A DNA stretch of 62,635 nucleotides, the filler included, from Aduncisulcus paluster (taxonomy: Eukaryota): the NCBI GenBank assembly GCA_024181965.1. It is 5 parts of 5 records of this genome, joined end to end, with 100 filler letters (N's around TTAATTAATTAA, not from the genome) between each part and the next. Parts side by side here need not be neighbours in the genome. Positions count along the whole stretch, not along the records: positions 1 to 18,224 come from BQXS01012703.1; 4 more parts are not named here. One strand, 5' to 3'. A program made the position numbers and the translations under genes. Each line of letters starts with the position of its first letter. Position 1 is the stretch's first letter. This document shows, in pieces, positions 1 to 12,248 of the stretch. Below the pieces are notes generated by a model. That model ran no database searches, was not told where the DNA came from, and saw only the letters and a program-made list of their open reading frames with translations.

Positions 1-650
1 AAGGGAAGCAAGAGCCACATGGTTGGAAATGCTCGACGTGGGCTCATTCCCGATGAGAAGCCCATCAGCCGCCTTGACAATAATGACGGACGCTTCACAC
101 GAAGCTTACGGGATAGTAGTGAAGGAACACGCCTCAGGAGAGACGAGGGAGTGGTCTGTAGCCATCCAAGCCGAAGAGAACCACATCACTTCGTTGGAGC
201 TGCGAGCACTCCTCAAGGCCTTCCAATTAGTCGAACCCAGCGACTGCACAATCATATGGTCAACAGACGCCACGGCCGCACGGGGAGCTGCGATAAAGGG
301 TTCAGTCTCGGCCTCGCTGCAGGCCATAGCAAGAGAGATCGCTACACTCTTGAGAAAGAAAAGACTACACGTCGTGCCATGCTTTATTCCGGGCCTCGTA
401 AATACCGTGGCCGATCGACTGTCACGCCCACTCAGCTACAGCCCAAGAGAAGAGACTTGTCTGCTGCAATGGCTGATAGAAGAGATAGGCCCAGTCCAGC
501 CATCCCAAACCACAGGACCGTTCTTCGAAAAATGGTGGAGGGGAAGGTGGATCGTTCACTGCGAGCCAAGATACGCACTCGAAGCAGCCGCTCACATCGT
601 AGACGGCCTGGAGGCAATACACTCCCCCGTAGAATCGGAGATCCCAGTAA
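1..650 (+). mobile_element. DIRS/tyrosine-recombinase retrotransposon RNase H fragment
   Basis: ORF 23..682 has DIRS-type RNase HI motifs: TDAS..YG, HITSLELRA, STDATAA, FIPGLVNTVADRLSR. Ends abruptly against an antisense Gypsy RT. Confidence 0.75.
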
Positions 651-651
651 G

Positions 652-1200
652 GCACGCCCCATGGCACGGCAAAGGTTGTTAAATCCTTGCTACCTTCCTC
701 GATCTTAACATTGTGATATCCATTTTTAAGATCAAGCTGACAGAAATATCCCGCTTCTTGGATACCTTGGAAAAGGTCGTTTTGGAGTGGGATAGGAAAA
801 GTATCAGCTTTTATCTTCGAGTTCAGTTTCCTATAATCGATTACCAGTCTTAACTTCCCATTGTTGCACACGACAAGGCAAGGAGCAGGATTTCCAGCTT
901 TCGTTGGTTCTATGTGGCCCCGCTGCAGTAACTCTTCAATTTCTTTTCTTGCGAATTTCTGTCGTGCGAATGGTATCGGGTAAATATTCTGTTTCGGTGG
1001 TAGGTCGTTCTGGTCGTTAAATTCGATTGTGAATTCATCGACCATTGCCGTTTTGTTCACATTCACCCCTTTATAATATTCTACTAACACAGGAAAAAGG
1101 TCTTTTTGAGTGTCAATGTTTTGTATTGTTCCATACCACATCATTAAATGATGTTAGTGGCATATCGTCTGCGAATGTCATAATTCCAACACTATATGTG
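652..1200 (-). mobile_element. Ty3/Gypsy reverse transcriptase N-terminal fragment
   Basis: Minus ORF 422..1144: YPIP, LRLVIDYRKLN, DTFPIP, LDLKNGYHNV, TTFAVPWG. Homology stops before YxDD at about 652. Confidence 0.9.
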
Positions 1201-2031
1201 TCATCAATATGGCCATGCACTTGTTCTGGTTTCTGTGCTCGGAAGTCCCTCCATAATTTCATCAATAAACTTTTTCCCATCATGTTCTCGCCATTGGAGA
1301 ACTAAATAAATGGTGGCTGCAATTTTGGATAATCCTGGAGGCTCAACGAACTTTAGAACACATTCACCAAGGTCGGCGATATATTCCATCAATGACCTGT
1401 CACTAACCCTTCTTCGTCCGGTTTCTTCCATTGTTACAGGAATTTCTTTGAAGGCGAGATAAAAATAAAAAGATTTTCATTTGGTTTTTATTTTGGAATA
1501 TTTTTTGCATCATTTACATTATCCACATAATCGTAGAATTATCTTCCTTATTATTTTTTTGTTCCTGATGATGTCTTTGTATGAGACAGATATAATTATA
1601 TAATTTAAGAATATTTCATAAGTAAATTTCATTTTTTAGTCATTTTCATCTTAATACACACTATATTTTTTTCATGCCTTCTATAGAGCGGAGTTCACTA
1701 GAATTGTTTCTCAATAGATCTACGGTATTCTATTCTGCGGTATTTTGCCAAAAGAAAAATATCTTAAAAATAAAATAAATTATAATAAATACGGTTATAT
1801 TGCAGTGAATCACAACGAATACTGTTTTATATGTTGAAGAACAGTAGATATCGCTTGCGTAAAAAATCTAACAAAAATAATATGAGCTTCTCAGGAATTA
1901 TTGACGATAGTGGTATGTTTTAAAGAAAACAATAATTTTAGCTCAATCATCTTTGTTCCAAGTCCAAATTTTTATTCAATTTCTCTTCGTCAATTCCTTA
2001 TATAACAATATACTGTAATACAATATATACC

Positions 2032-3168
2032 ATGACAGATTTACCTCAAGAAATTCATTCCGTCATCAGAAAAAAACGAAGTGTTGCTGAAAAAGAGTTA
2101 GCAGTTTTACTCCTAGTATACCTGCAGTTCGACAAGAAAGACTTAGCTTTTTACCATGGTGTCCATCCTAACACACTAACCAGGTGGAAAAGAGAATATT
2201 TTGCCGGAGGGTGGCAACAGAGTGAGAGGGCGAAGTTAATTAGTGGAGAGCACTGGGAAGCATTACAGGAGCTTATTCATGCCCATCCATCAATGACATT
2301 GGATGAAATGAAGAAGTTTCTCGGTCAGAGAGGATGCCAAGTTTCTCTGTCTACAGTCTGTCGGAGTCTACATGAGCATGGTTTTACACACAAACATATT
2401 TCCTTTATAGCAAGAAAGCTGAGCTGATAAAATCAAGCGATTTGAAAAAAAAATAGATGGAGCCATCAAAAAATTCGGTCTTGGGGCACTGGTCTGGGTA
2501 GACGAAACCGGTATAGAAATCAAAGGAACATTAAAATGTGTTACGGAATCAAAGGATTACGAGTAAGAAGATTCACAGATTTAAGTTTAAGGTCTCCAAG
2601 ATTGTCATATATGGCCTTCTTGGGGATAAATGGGTGGATTCACTGGGATCGGTTATTAGGATCTTCTACGGATCATACTACACTCTTAGCATTAAGAAGT
2701 ATGCATAAATCGGGGCTTATAAACCCAGAAATGAACAAAAACCATGTCTTTGTCATGGATAATGCCAGTATTCATAAGACCCCAGCAGTTAGGGCATATT
2801 TAGCTGAAATCGGGGCAACTCTTATCTTATTACCTCCTTATTGTCCGTTTTTAACACCCGTTGAGAATGGATTTTCTGTCATCAAAGCAAAAATACGAAA
2901 GAATTTGGCTTACAGACCTACAACAGATATGTTCACGTTAGCCCTCGAATTGGATTGTATTTTGATGGATTATCACTATAAAAGTGTTTTTAAAACGGCA
3001 AAAGCCATTGGCTACGGTCTCGATGGATATCACAGATCCAAGACAACCCAACTCGCTCTCAACACAGTAAGTGGAGGGGATACCACCTTAGAAGCTCTTC
3101 CATCGACTTTGAGCTTTGTAGTTGATGCTCAAGATCATGTACATGAAGACCGAATGGAAAGTAGGTGA
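2032..3168 (+). pseudogene. Tc1/IS630-family DD34E transposase, two frameshifts
   Basis: HTH region (TLDEM..VSLSTVCRSL), LVWVDETG in a shifted frame near 2490-2510, then VMDNASIHKT...LPPYCPFLTPVE with 34 residues between D and E. Confidence 0.9.
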
Positions 3169-3207
3169 TTCGAATAATTTTTATTGGTAACAAATAAAAC
3201 TCAGATC

Positions 3208-4190
3208 TCATTCAGGTTGATGTGATCTAATTTCTCTTATGAGAGCAGGAATTATTGCATGTAATCGCGAAGACACTTGTCCAACGATGTCGCAAGGTAC
3301 TTGATGTGTTATTGTGACCATGGGTACTTCCTGTCGCGATTCAATATCATGAAATGCATTTGAACATGCTCTGAATTCTGGTGGAACAGAGGCAAGCACG
3401 ATATCCTGCTCTCTTCTTGAACGTTTTCCATCAGCAATCTTCGCCCACATATTCAAAAGAACTGAAGTTATTGTTTCATCGGTTGGATGTGCCAAAAACC
3501 CACGCCAATTTGCATCCAGTTGTTCAAGTATTTGTTCTTGCGTTAATAGAGGCCGTACATCGGCAGGTTCGGGTGCTACTGGTGGTTCTAAGATGGGAGT
3601 AGGGATATCAACCTGGGGAGGTGCTTGATCACCTCGTACACCACATCTTAAGACATCAATACGAATTGGAACAGAAGAGGATAGTCCATTCCAAGACATA
3701 ATGTTTTCTTCGGATATTGAAGTCAAATCATATTTAATTGATTGGTTATTTTCTTTGAAACATAAANNNNNNNNNNNNNNNNNNNNGTTATTGTTTCATC
3801 GGTTGGATGTGCCAAAAACCCACGCCAATTTGCATCCAGTTGTTCAAGTATTTGTTCTTGCGTTAATAGAGGCCGTACATCGGCAGGTTCGGGTGCTACT
3901 GGTGGTTCTAAGATGGGAGTAGGGATATCAACCTGGGGAGGGGCTTGATCACCTCGTACACCACATCTTAAGACATCAATACGAATTGGAACAGAAGAGG
4001 ATAGTCCATTCCAAGACATAATGTTTTCTTCGGATATTGAAGTCAAATCATATTTAATTGATTGGTTATTTTCTTTGAAACATAAAATAAAGTTTTCTTT
4101 CAGCGTGTCCACTGTTCTATTTAGTGGATCCAAGAAAAAATGGGGATGCTTCCATTCAGATGGAATAATAGAATATATTTGCTTTAGCAT
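3208..4190 (-). CDS. Unknown ~220-aa cargo protein inside the Tc1 element
   Basis: ORFs 3723..4190 and 3208..3726 merge into one 663-nt frame once the 320-nt assembly duplication is removed. No recognisable motif. Confidence 0.55.
3467..4087. other. Assembly overlap duplication around an N gap (3467-3767 repeated at 3787-4087)
   Basis: Near-identical sequence either side of the N run, with one substitution (3622 vs 3942). Confidence 0.9.
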
Positions 4191-4344
4191 CGTCTTCTGT
4201 CAATATTGTTACCTGTATTCCCTCTTTTTTCCCTTGCCGATTTCCAATGGCCCGAGTTGAGCGTGAAGTGTTTTTATGCCAGACATTAGCATAGAATCGA
4301 ATAATTGGACGCGGCATAAGGGTTATTGTTTATGATATATAATA

Positions 4345-4375
<31 letters not shown>

Positions 4376-5321
4376 GGGATTTTTCTCAAGCAAAATGGGA
4401 AATGGTATTTTGATCCTATTTGGATTTTCAAACGATTTTATTGAAATCCGCTCTATTACCTATGATAATTTTTTTCGACCTTGATGATGTTCCTTGTGAT
4501 GCATTTATTAACCAACTTTTTTTCATTTCATCATTTAAGACCAGTTTTATAAGTATTTTATTAAGCTTCATTTTCACTTTATTGTATTAAGAGCTGATAA
4601 TCATTATTATTATTCCGTTTCACCCTTAAGAACAAATAAAATAATATTATGACGAATATATTTTTTTTTTGATTTTTACTATGTTTTATAGTGTTAAATA
4701 AATATCATTTTTTGATTTGATGATGTTGTATATATGTCTTTGTATGAGACGGTTTGATTTTTATAATTTAAGATATTTTTATTTTTTCTTGGTTTTCATT
4801 GTTAATATAACATAGTGTTAGTGTAATTTTCCTCTTAATAATTCCGTTGTATGTTAATTCATTCTTGACTTCAAGTCACTCAAGTTGAGAGTGTTTTTTC
4901 CTCTAATGAAGCTCGTAGAAGAATTCTAATGTTGTTTTTGACGTCTTTGCTTTGTTTATATTATTTTTTATAGATTATTTTGGTCATTCTAAAGATGATA
5001 TTCTTTTCTGAAAAATCCGTCCGGATCGGTCAGTGCCGCTGCTGTTCACGAACTTTTTTCTTGAAAAACAATTTCCACTTCTAGTCCTCTTCCCCCATAT
5101 TCAGTCTTGAAAGAATTCGGCTGGTTCTATATTTCCATCAGATTCATACATTCGTTTCCAGCCTTTCTTCCCTCGATACCCTTTATACGACTGAATATGA
5201 TACTTTTTGATTACTTGCCGACCCAGTCTCACCTTCTTCTCTTCTAATTTCTTCTTTAGATTTGGATTTCGTCTCAAATAATCTTCCATTGCGTCTGAGA
5301 GCTTCTTTGCTTCTTTCCAAG

Positions 5322-5526
5322 GTCGTTGTTCTGTTTTAGTGAACTTTCGAGAAAATAGGTTGATTAATACCTCTCTATCCTCTTGCTTTTGGAGTAACAC
5401 GCCACCAATGCCAAACGTGCTGGCGTCCGTTCTCAAGATCAATTCTCCACCCTCCTGAATATGAGAGATGGTCAGTCTTTTCTCCAACGATTCAAGAATT
5501 GTTTCCCAGGTTAGCAGCTTGGACAT
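5322..5526 (-). mobile_element. Ty3/Gypsy RNase H fragment
   Basis: LILRTDASTFGIGGVLLQ...LFSRKFTKTEQR, homologous to the RNase H near 9410-9540. Confidence 0.85.
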
Positions 5527-6282
5527 GGCTTGATATGTTGTTAAAAACTATCTTATGAAAAGTTGAAAGAAGGCATTTTTCTCTCTTCTTGTCATATTGA
5601 TAGAACTATAGAAGTAGAATTAAAGACTGTGAAGATATTTGTGGTCCATCATGTGTTCTGTTCGAAAAACATTATGTTTCACTTTTAAAAATTCGTCACG
5701 AATTAATGAATCTATCACTTTCTGGTTCATCGATTGAAAGATTTTTCAGTGTTGTCAAGCAATTGAACACGGCTTCTCGAGCTTCTCGGTGGACGAAATC
5801 GTTGTTTCAGAATGCAATGATGAAATACAATTTTTTCCACAAATAAAGAAATAATATTTATTTTTGATTAATCATAATAAAAAATGTAAAACTATCTCTT
5901 GTGAATTAATTTAGCAAAGTGACGAAATCATGCTTTCAGAAATTCATTTTGATTCCACACCTTGTTCAGTTATTCGGTTTCTCTTACGTCACCTACACTT
6001 ATGTGTCAACTATCTTCCAAACTCCGCTAGGAGAAAATAAAGCGTTTCGGTAAATCCCGGTTTAGCCGGTTATTGAGCAAGACACCTTGTTCAAAAAAAA
6101 GGACTCATTAACTTAGAAAAAATTTTAACAATTATTTTAAATAGTATAAAATGATTTGATTTATTTTATTTTATTACTAATTTAAAAGGAGCATTGATTT
6201 TTTTGGAATCCTGTGCTCAACAGAGTTTCGTTTACGTCTTGGTGACGATCAGGTTGTGTAATTCGAATGGAGTGGACCGTAA

Positions 6283-7488
6283 TTGTCCGCATCGGAAGAG
6301 GAAGCCAAGAAAAGACAACCTATTGCACGAGATCACGAAGTCATTCCGCTCAAATGTCCAATTCTACGGTCATGTGGAAGATCTGATTTCTTAAATTTCA
6401 GGGCTGCGTATGAAGAATATGTGAGATCTGGGGGAAGACTCCCTCCGGAACAATGTATGCATAGGAGTGCCCAATTGGAGTGGGCTCTGATAGAAACGGA
6501 TGCTAAGAAGAGGAGCTATCATCACCAAAGTATCCTCTAGCGTCTTCCTTCGTCTCCAAAACCAAGGCAAGTTGCTCAAAGGTGACCTTAGTCAGAGAAC
6601 TAAGGTTTTTAGGTTCGCCCTGCATTGCTGCTTGTAGACGAATCTTGAAATGGTCGTGCTTGATCCCTTTTATAAATTGTTTGTACAACAACTCATCGGA
6701 AAGCGTTTCATCACTGGCCATGAGTCGCATAGCCTCGTGATATTTGCGAATGTACACGGCGACTGTCCCTGAAGCAACGGTAAAGAGTTTAATGTTGCTG
6801 AAGGTAAAGAGTGTCTAGTGCAGACTTTCTCCCGAAATGAGACTCGAGGCTCAGTAAGAACTCACGTTCATTCTCTTTCAATTCGGCCGCGTCGCTGGCT
6901 TCTTCTGAAGTTATCAACTTAACCCCACCGACACTTTCTAACATCATTCTGACGTCTGGTTGAATTAAAGCACATAATGGGGCTTCTCCACCAAGGGCTC
7001 GGTAGGATTCCAATTTCTGCTGAAAGTGATAGAAATAGAAAGAACCATACTTAGCCAACCAAGGACTTTTAATACTCGTATCATGAATCATCAGAGTTAC
7101 TGATTTTTGATCAAAAATGTGTTAACCGTGATGCAATTTATTGAAATAAAAGATAGTGGTAGAATCTATAAATAGAACAAGGTGAGAAACATAATAAACG
7201 GTAATACCATTATAATATCATAGGGATATAACAGTTGCCAAGTTGAAAGAAAAGGAGATCCCACCACCTTACCTTGAGCCCCTTGATTCCGAGAACTGGG
7301 AAACTTTTCTGCGAGAAATCGAACATTACAATGCACTGGGAGGACGTCGAACGTGGCCTTTTTTATGTTCGTCAAAGGCTTTACGACTTATATCCATCTT
7401 CGCAGACATCACGGACTTCACCTGTACTTGGCGTCCACATAAAATATTGACTCTCCTAAAATCAATAAAATATATGCAAAATAATTAG
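6283..7488. mobile_element. Cluster of LTR-retrotransposon gag-like fragments in alternating orientation (6283-6530 +, 6530-6780 -, 6789-7091 -, 7243-7420 +)
   Basis: Three share the motif PxL..F/W..F...ExY..xGG (YEEYVRSGG, LESYRALGG, IEHYNALGG). The fourth has the gag-core-like KQFIKGIK. All lie among pol fragments. Confidence 0.55.
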
Positions 7489-7602
7489 TATTAATTACGA
7501 TAAATAATTTTTTGGTCTTTGTATAAGTTTCAAATAAATTCAAACAATCAAAAATTCAAAAATTTACATTTTCTGTGTGTATTCTCCAGAACAACAAAAG
7601 TA

Positions 7603-8290
7603 ATGATATCAGATTTATTACCTCATTTCAATAATACTTATAAAAATGAGAAGCTTTGGGCAAAGTATAAAAGAATTGTCAGACTCAAAAAAAGTGCCAA
7701 AAAATGTCAGGTCATGGAAAAAATAATTCAGGATTTAGAGGATACTATTGAAGTTAATCTTAGTGATAAAGAAAAGAAATATTGGTGTCATGCTTGTAGT
7801 ATATTCATAACGTCAGAAAAGGGATTAGCCTATCACATCTGCTCCCAGACACACCATTCGTGCGAGATTCCTGAAGAAAAGGAAATTTCGGAATTTCAGA
7901 AGAAAATTCAAATTAAAAAAGAGATTATCAAATCGTTTATTTGTGCTGGTATCCCAATTAATGCCATACCAAAAATTTTAACGGATGATATCCAGATAGC
8001 CATACAATCTCTGGAAGACACAATAACATTTTGCAGATCTTCTTGTTATACATTAGGAAATAGCATTGCGAGACAAGCTATTATTGACGTTCGAAAAAGA
8101 ATTTTTGCGTGTCCAAATTATAGTCTTATTTTGGACAAGTGTCAAAGTCGTGGAAAGAACATTCTTGCCATAATGGCCCATACATCACAAACATTTGCAA
8201 TTTCTTCAATTGATTTGGGTATTGCAAAAGACGAGGAGTATAGGAAGACTCTTTCAAGAGAAGTTTACTTTTCTGCAGAGAAAGAAATGA
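7603..8290 (+). mobile_element. hAT-like transposase N-terminal fragment with C2H2 zinc finger
   Basis: YWCHACS...HICSQTH zinc finger, FICAGIPINAI, and YSLILD (first catalytic-Asp strand). Truncated by Gypsy sequence. Confidence 0.55.
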
Positions 8291-8359
8291 GAACTAGATT
8301 ATGTGAGCAAACAAGTAATCCATCTGAATTAAGTAATCGGATGTTAAGACGAAGATATT

Positions 8360-10550
8360 GTGTCTCCTCTGGATGACACTGGCTCGGAATGGACCTGCGA
8401 AATTGAGGATCTCAGACCAGAGATCATACGCCTTTTGGAACCCTACCTTGCCAGGATTGATAAAAGAAAACCAGCGAAAGTTCCAGCTTTCACCTTAGCC
8501 TTTCCGCCGGATAACACTCCACCAGCGTCAAAAGCCAGAAGAATTCCTTTCCATTTACAGGAAGAAGTGAAGACCCTTATCGATGAACTGCTGGATTTAG
8601 ATTTTATTTCGCCCTCCAAAAGTCCGTTTGCGGCTCCCATAGTATTGGCAAGAAGAGGTAACGGCCAACTGAGGCTGTGCTGCGACTTTACAAGGTTGAA
8701 CAGAATCTCCCCAAATGACCAATACCCTATCCTCAGGCAAGACTCACTTTTTACAGCCTTATCAGGCAAAACGGTATTTGGAGCATTGAATTTGCGCAGA
8801 GGGTATTTCAACATAGAAGTGGCCGAACCAACGAAACACATCACGGCGTTCATAACACCGTGGGGCTTATATCAGTGGAACCGTATGCCTTTTGGGCTAA
8901 AAACAGCTCCAGCTCACTTCCAAAGGTGCATTAATAGCATTTTCAAAGACCTCGTACCCTGCGCCTGTCTGATTTATTTGGACGATATACTTGTCTTTGG
9001 AAAAGACAATGTGGAATTCCTCACGAATTTGAAAAGGGTTTTGGATCGCTTGGCGGATTTCAACTTCTGTTTAAACCTGGCGAAATGCAAAATAGGTATG
9101 CACAAAGTTAAATATTTGGGTTTCATTATTTCCGGAGAAGGCAGAAAAATTGACTCCAAGAAGTTGGGTGACTTGCGGAGTTTGACGCTCCCATCTTCCC
9201 TGAAAGTAGTCCAGAGAATGATTGGAAAGTTAAATTATTTGCGCGAGTTTATTCCAGACTACTCACGGAGTGCGGAGCCTATAACGAGAATAATGAAGAA
9301 ACCTTATAAGAAAACAGCATGGGGTTCGGAACAATCACAGGCGTGGAATAACATTTTAACACAATTGGAACGTCGTCTTACACTGTGTCATGCCTCCCCT
9401 GAAGGGAAATTTATTGTCCGAACAGATGCAGCTTCAAACTCTGGAATCGGGGGGATTTTGATACAAGTCGATCCACTCGGTAAGGAGAGATTGATCAATC
9501 TTTTCGCCAGAAAATTCAATCGTACCGAGACAAGATGGAGTACTTATGAACAGGAGCAAGGCCTGACACTCGAGGGGGTACCCCCTCCTGAACCCCCTTT
9601 TGGGGGGGTAACCCCCTCGAAAATACGATATTTACCCCCTTATACATCAAAAAAATGATACGATTTTCCTCCATTTTTTGAGATATTTTCCCCTCAAATT
9701 TCTTCATTTTTAAGAGTTGACCAGAATAAAATATAAAAAATATTATTACTAGAATAGTACTTTTATATACAAATATTATTTATGTTTTTTTTGAGTTTGT
9801 TTGAAGGTATTGAGTGTCCCATGTTCAGGTGCTGATGTTGAGAGATTTTTCTCACGTTTTAGTTTTATTTACTCTCCTCAACGTGAATCTCTTGAGACAA
9901 GTAATGCATTCGTTCTTTCTGCATTGATGTTTAACTTAAACTAATAAACAACAAAACACAGTTTACAATAATAATCACTTTGACAATTTACCCCCTTTTG
10001 AAACCCCTCCAAGAATTTTTTTACCCCCTTCACCTACCCCCTTATTGTCAGATGAAAATCCCCTCGAGTGTCAGGCCTTGAACAGGAGGCCTTCGGAATG
10101 GTCTATGGAATTATTTCTAATGCATACTTTTTATTAGGAAAAGAATTCCTGGTTGAAACTGACCACAGGAATCTCGGTTTCATTTTCAAGAGCAAAGTTC
10201 CTAAGGTGATTAGATGGAGAATGAAATTACATCAATTTTCGTTCACGATCAAACACATTCCAGGAACCACTAATACGGTAAGTGATTTCCTGTATCGTCT
10301 GGATGAGTTTACAGAGCCAGGCAGGCTGTTATTATCATTCAAAGAGACTGGATTTTCTTTTTCAGCACAAACGGCTCCACGTGATTCTAAGAGGCTGATA
10401 ATGGAGAAGATCCATACAGAACTTGGCCATGCATCTCCCAAACTAATGATGAAAGTCCTAAAAGAGCGTGGATATAAATGGAAAAACATCCAAAAGGATG
10501 CGGAAATGATAGGGAAAACATGCTTGATTTGCCAGAAATCCAAGAAGTGT
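8360..10550 (+). mobile_element. Ty3/Gypsy pol (RT-RNase H-integrase HHCC), interrupted by a MITE and 3'-truncated
   Basis: SPFAAPIV, LRLCCDFTRLN, RMPFGLKTAP, YLDD, RTDAAS, ETDHRNL, HIPGTTNTVSDFL, HTELGH..CLICQ. Removing 9557-10088 restores WSTYEQEAFGMV in frame. Confidence 0.95.
9557..10080. mobile_element. 524-bp non-autonomous DNA transposon (MITE), 21-bp perfect TIR, 8-bp TSD
   Basis: TIR CAAGGCCTGACACTCGAGGGG (9557-9577) and its reverse complement (10060-10080). TSD AACAGGAG at 9549-9556 and 10081-10088. TACCCCC subterminal repeats. Confidence 0.95.
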
Positions 10551-11927
10551 GTTAACACTATTGTTATCTTATAAATAAATGCTTTCATTATTTTTTATTT
10601 CTATTAAAATGAATAAATATTAATTATAATTTTGAAATATTACATATTAAAGTCATATCTTGATGATTTTTTAATATCTGCTGATATTCAAAATTATATG
10701 CAGAATAAATAAAAATATTTTTCAAAATAATCATTTTAAATAACATTTACTCCATTAATATTCTGAAAATATGCAATCACCAGTATATCCCGATGCGCAC
10801 ATTTTTCAAGCCATATTTTGTCAACATCATGACCATAAAAGCGGTCTCCCTTGGGCGGCGCGAACCCAGGGGAGGCGTAAGACTTAATATTTTTTATTTT
10901 ATTTTGTTCCTGCTCCGATTCCTGCTCCCCCCGAGATGACCCCCCTTAATCTATATTACAATGTTTAAAAAGGGGGTCCCCAACGATTTTTTATTTTTTC
11001 TGTTTTTAATAAATTAAGATCCAATTTTTATAGTAAAATAGTAAGGATTTATGATTTATGAATGTTCAAATGCATAGTGTGGTAGTACGTATAATAAACG
11101 ATTTACAATTTATTGATATGACAGTTCACCGAACGTGTCTATTTATAGATCCTGAGACATTACCACAATAGCAATGTATAGGCTTTTAATGGTATACAGT
11201 CATGTGAGTGTGTAAAATTAAGTGGTAAAAACTGCTGCCTCGATCGGCCTGTTGGTAATTAGATAAGATTACCATATTGAATTAAGAGGATTGATTTAAG
11301 TATTAATTGTACTACAATCTATAGTATAGATCATGGTTGATGATCTAGGATCATGTGAAGGTTTATCTGCGAAGGTAAACGCTAAGGTTTAATATATAGA
11401 TACAAGTAAATTGACTCACCTACAATATTTTTACTTAAATTACACGGTCATGTCACCTGAGTGGCTCTTCTTTCTTTGTGTTGATGGCCATGCGGCACAT
11501 GCACTGTTCAGTACATTTGATTTTTGAAGGAATTCTTTCCTTTATATTTCTGGGCATCTTGTATGATGTTTTCCCTGTCTGTTTGCCTTTTTGCTGCCCG
11601 TCCATGTCCCATAACTTTTCGTACATGGTCACGAGGTTTGGTCTGAAAATGATATCCCGGAGCAAACATGGACCAGTTTCACAAAGTAAATTTGATCCTT
11701 TTTTGATCCGAGACCAAAAGTGGATCTGATATTTTCGACCAAATTTGATCCATTTTTGGTCATTTCCTAAAATAGTTATTTTTATTCGAAATAAAGCAAC
11801 AATTTATCGATATTTTTTTCTATACATTATTTTTCAAACTACCATAAACATGGAATATCTCGACATATTTGTCGACATTTCATAATTTCGGATCAAAATT
11901 GATCTGAGAAAAGCTGAGACAGGAAAA

Positions 11928-12248
11928 TTGAGGGACTATCAGAGTGTGAACGGTCCAACGGTAGTCATTATTGCAATTGAGACGAGCGGAAGAATATCTC
12001 AGGATACAGTGAAACATTTATCCACGATCCTAGGAATGCGCGCGTTCAAGGCGTGGAAAGCAAGAGTGGCTGTAGCATTGATGAAATTCTGTTTCAGGGG
12101 GTATAAGAAGAGTAGAGGTTCTATGAGAGATATGATGGACGAGCAGGAGGATGGAGAACAAGGAGAGGAAGAGGATTTCGATTCATCAGCATCATATGAC
12201 CATGAGAGAAGAAGAAGTAGAAGTAGAAGTCATGGAATAGTAGAATGA
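11928..12248 (+). mobile_element. C-terminal end of a restriction-like-endonuclease non-LTR retrotransposon (CRE/R2-like)
   Basis: VIIAIETSGRI...VKHL...WKARVAVALMK resembles the RLE terminal P/xxxETxG...RIS/AVAL pattern. Confidence 0.55.

Larger units (their letters stand above)
1686..4453 (+). mobile_element. Tc1/mariner-IS630 DNA transposon with ~24-bp imperfect TIRs and flanking TA, carrying a convergent cargo ORF
   Basis: Left TA|GAGCGGAGTTCACTAGAATTGTTT (1686-1709). Right AAACGATTTTATTGAAATCCGCTC|TA (4430-4453). 20/24 inverted match, enclosing a DD34E transposase. Confidence 0.75.

Noticed and set aside
19..708. 229-aa overlapping + ORF and the many short antisense ORFs
   Set aside because: No motifs; treated as shadow frames, although DIRS elements can have overlapping ORFs.
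2420..2545. Programmed frameshifting in the Tc1/IS630 transposase
   Set aside because: The related relic at 14640-14760 reads through the first site in one frame and shifts differently at the second. Mutational decay fits better.
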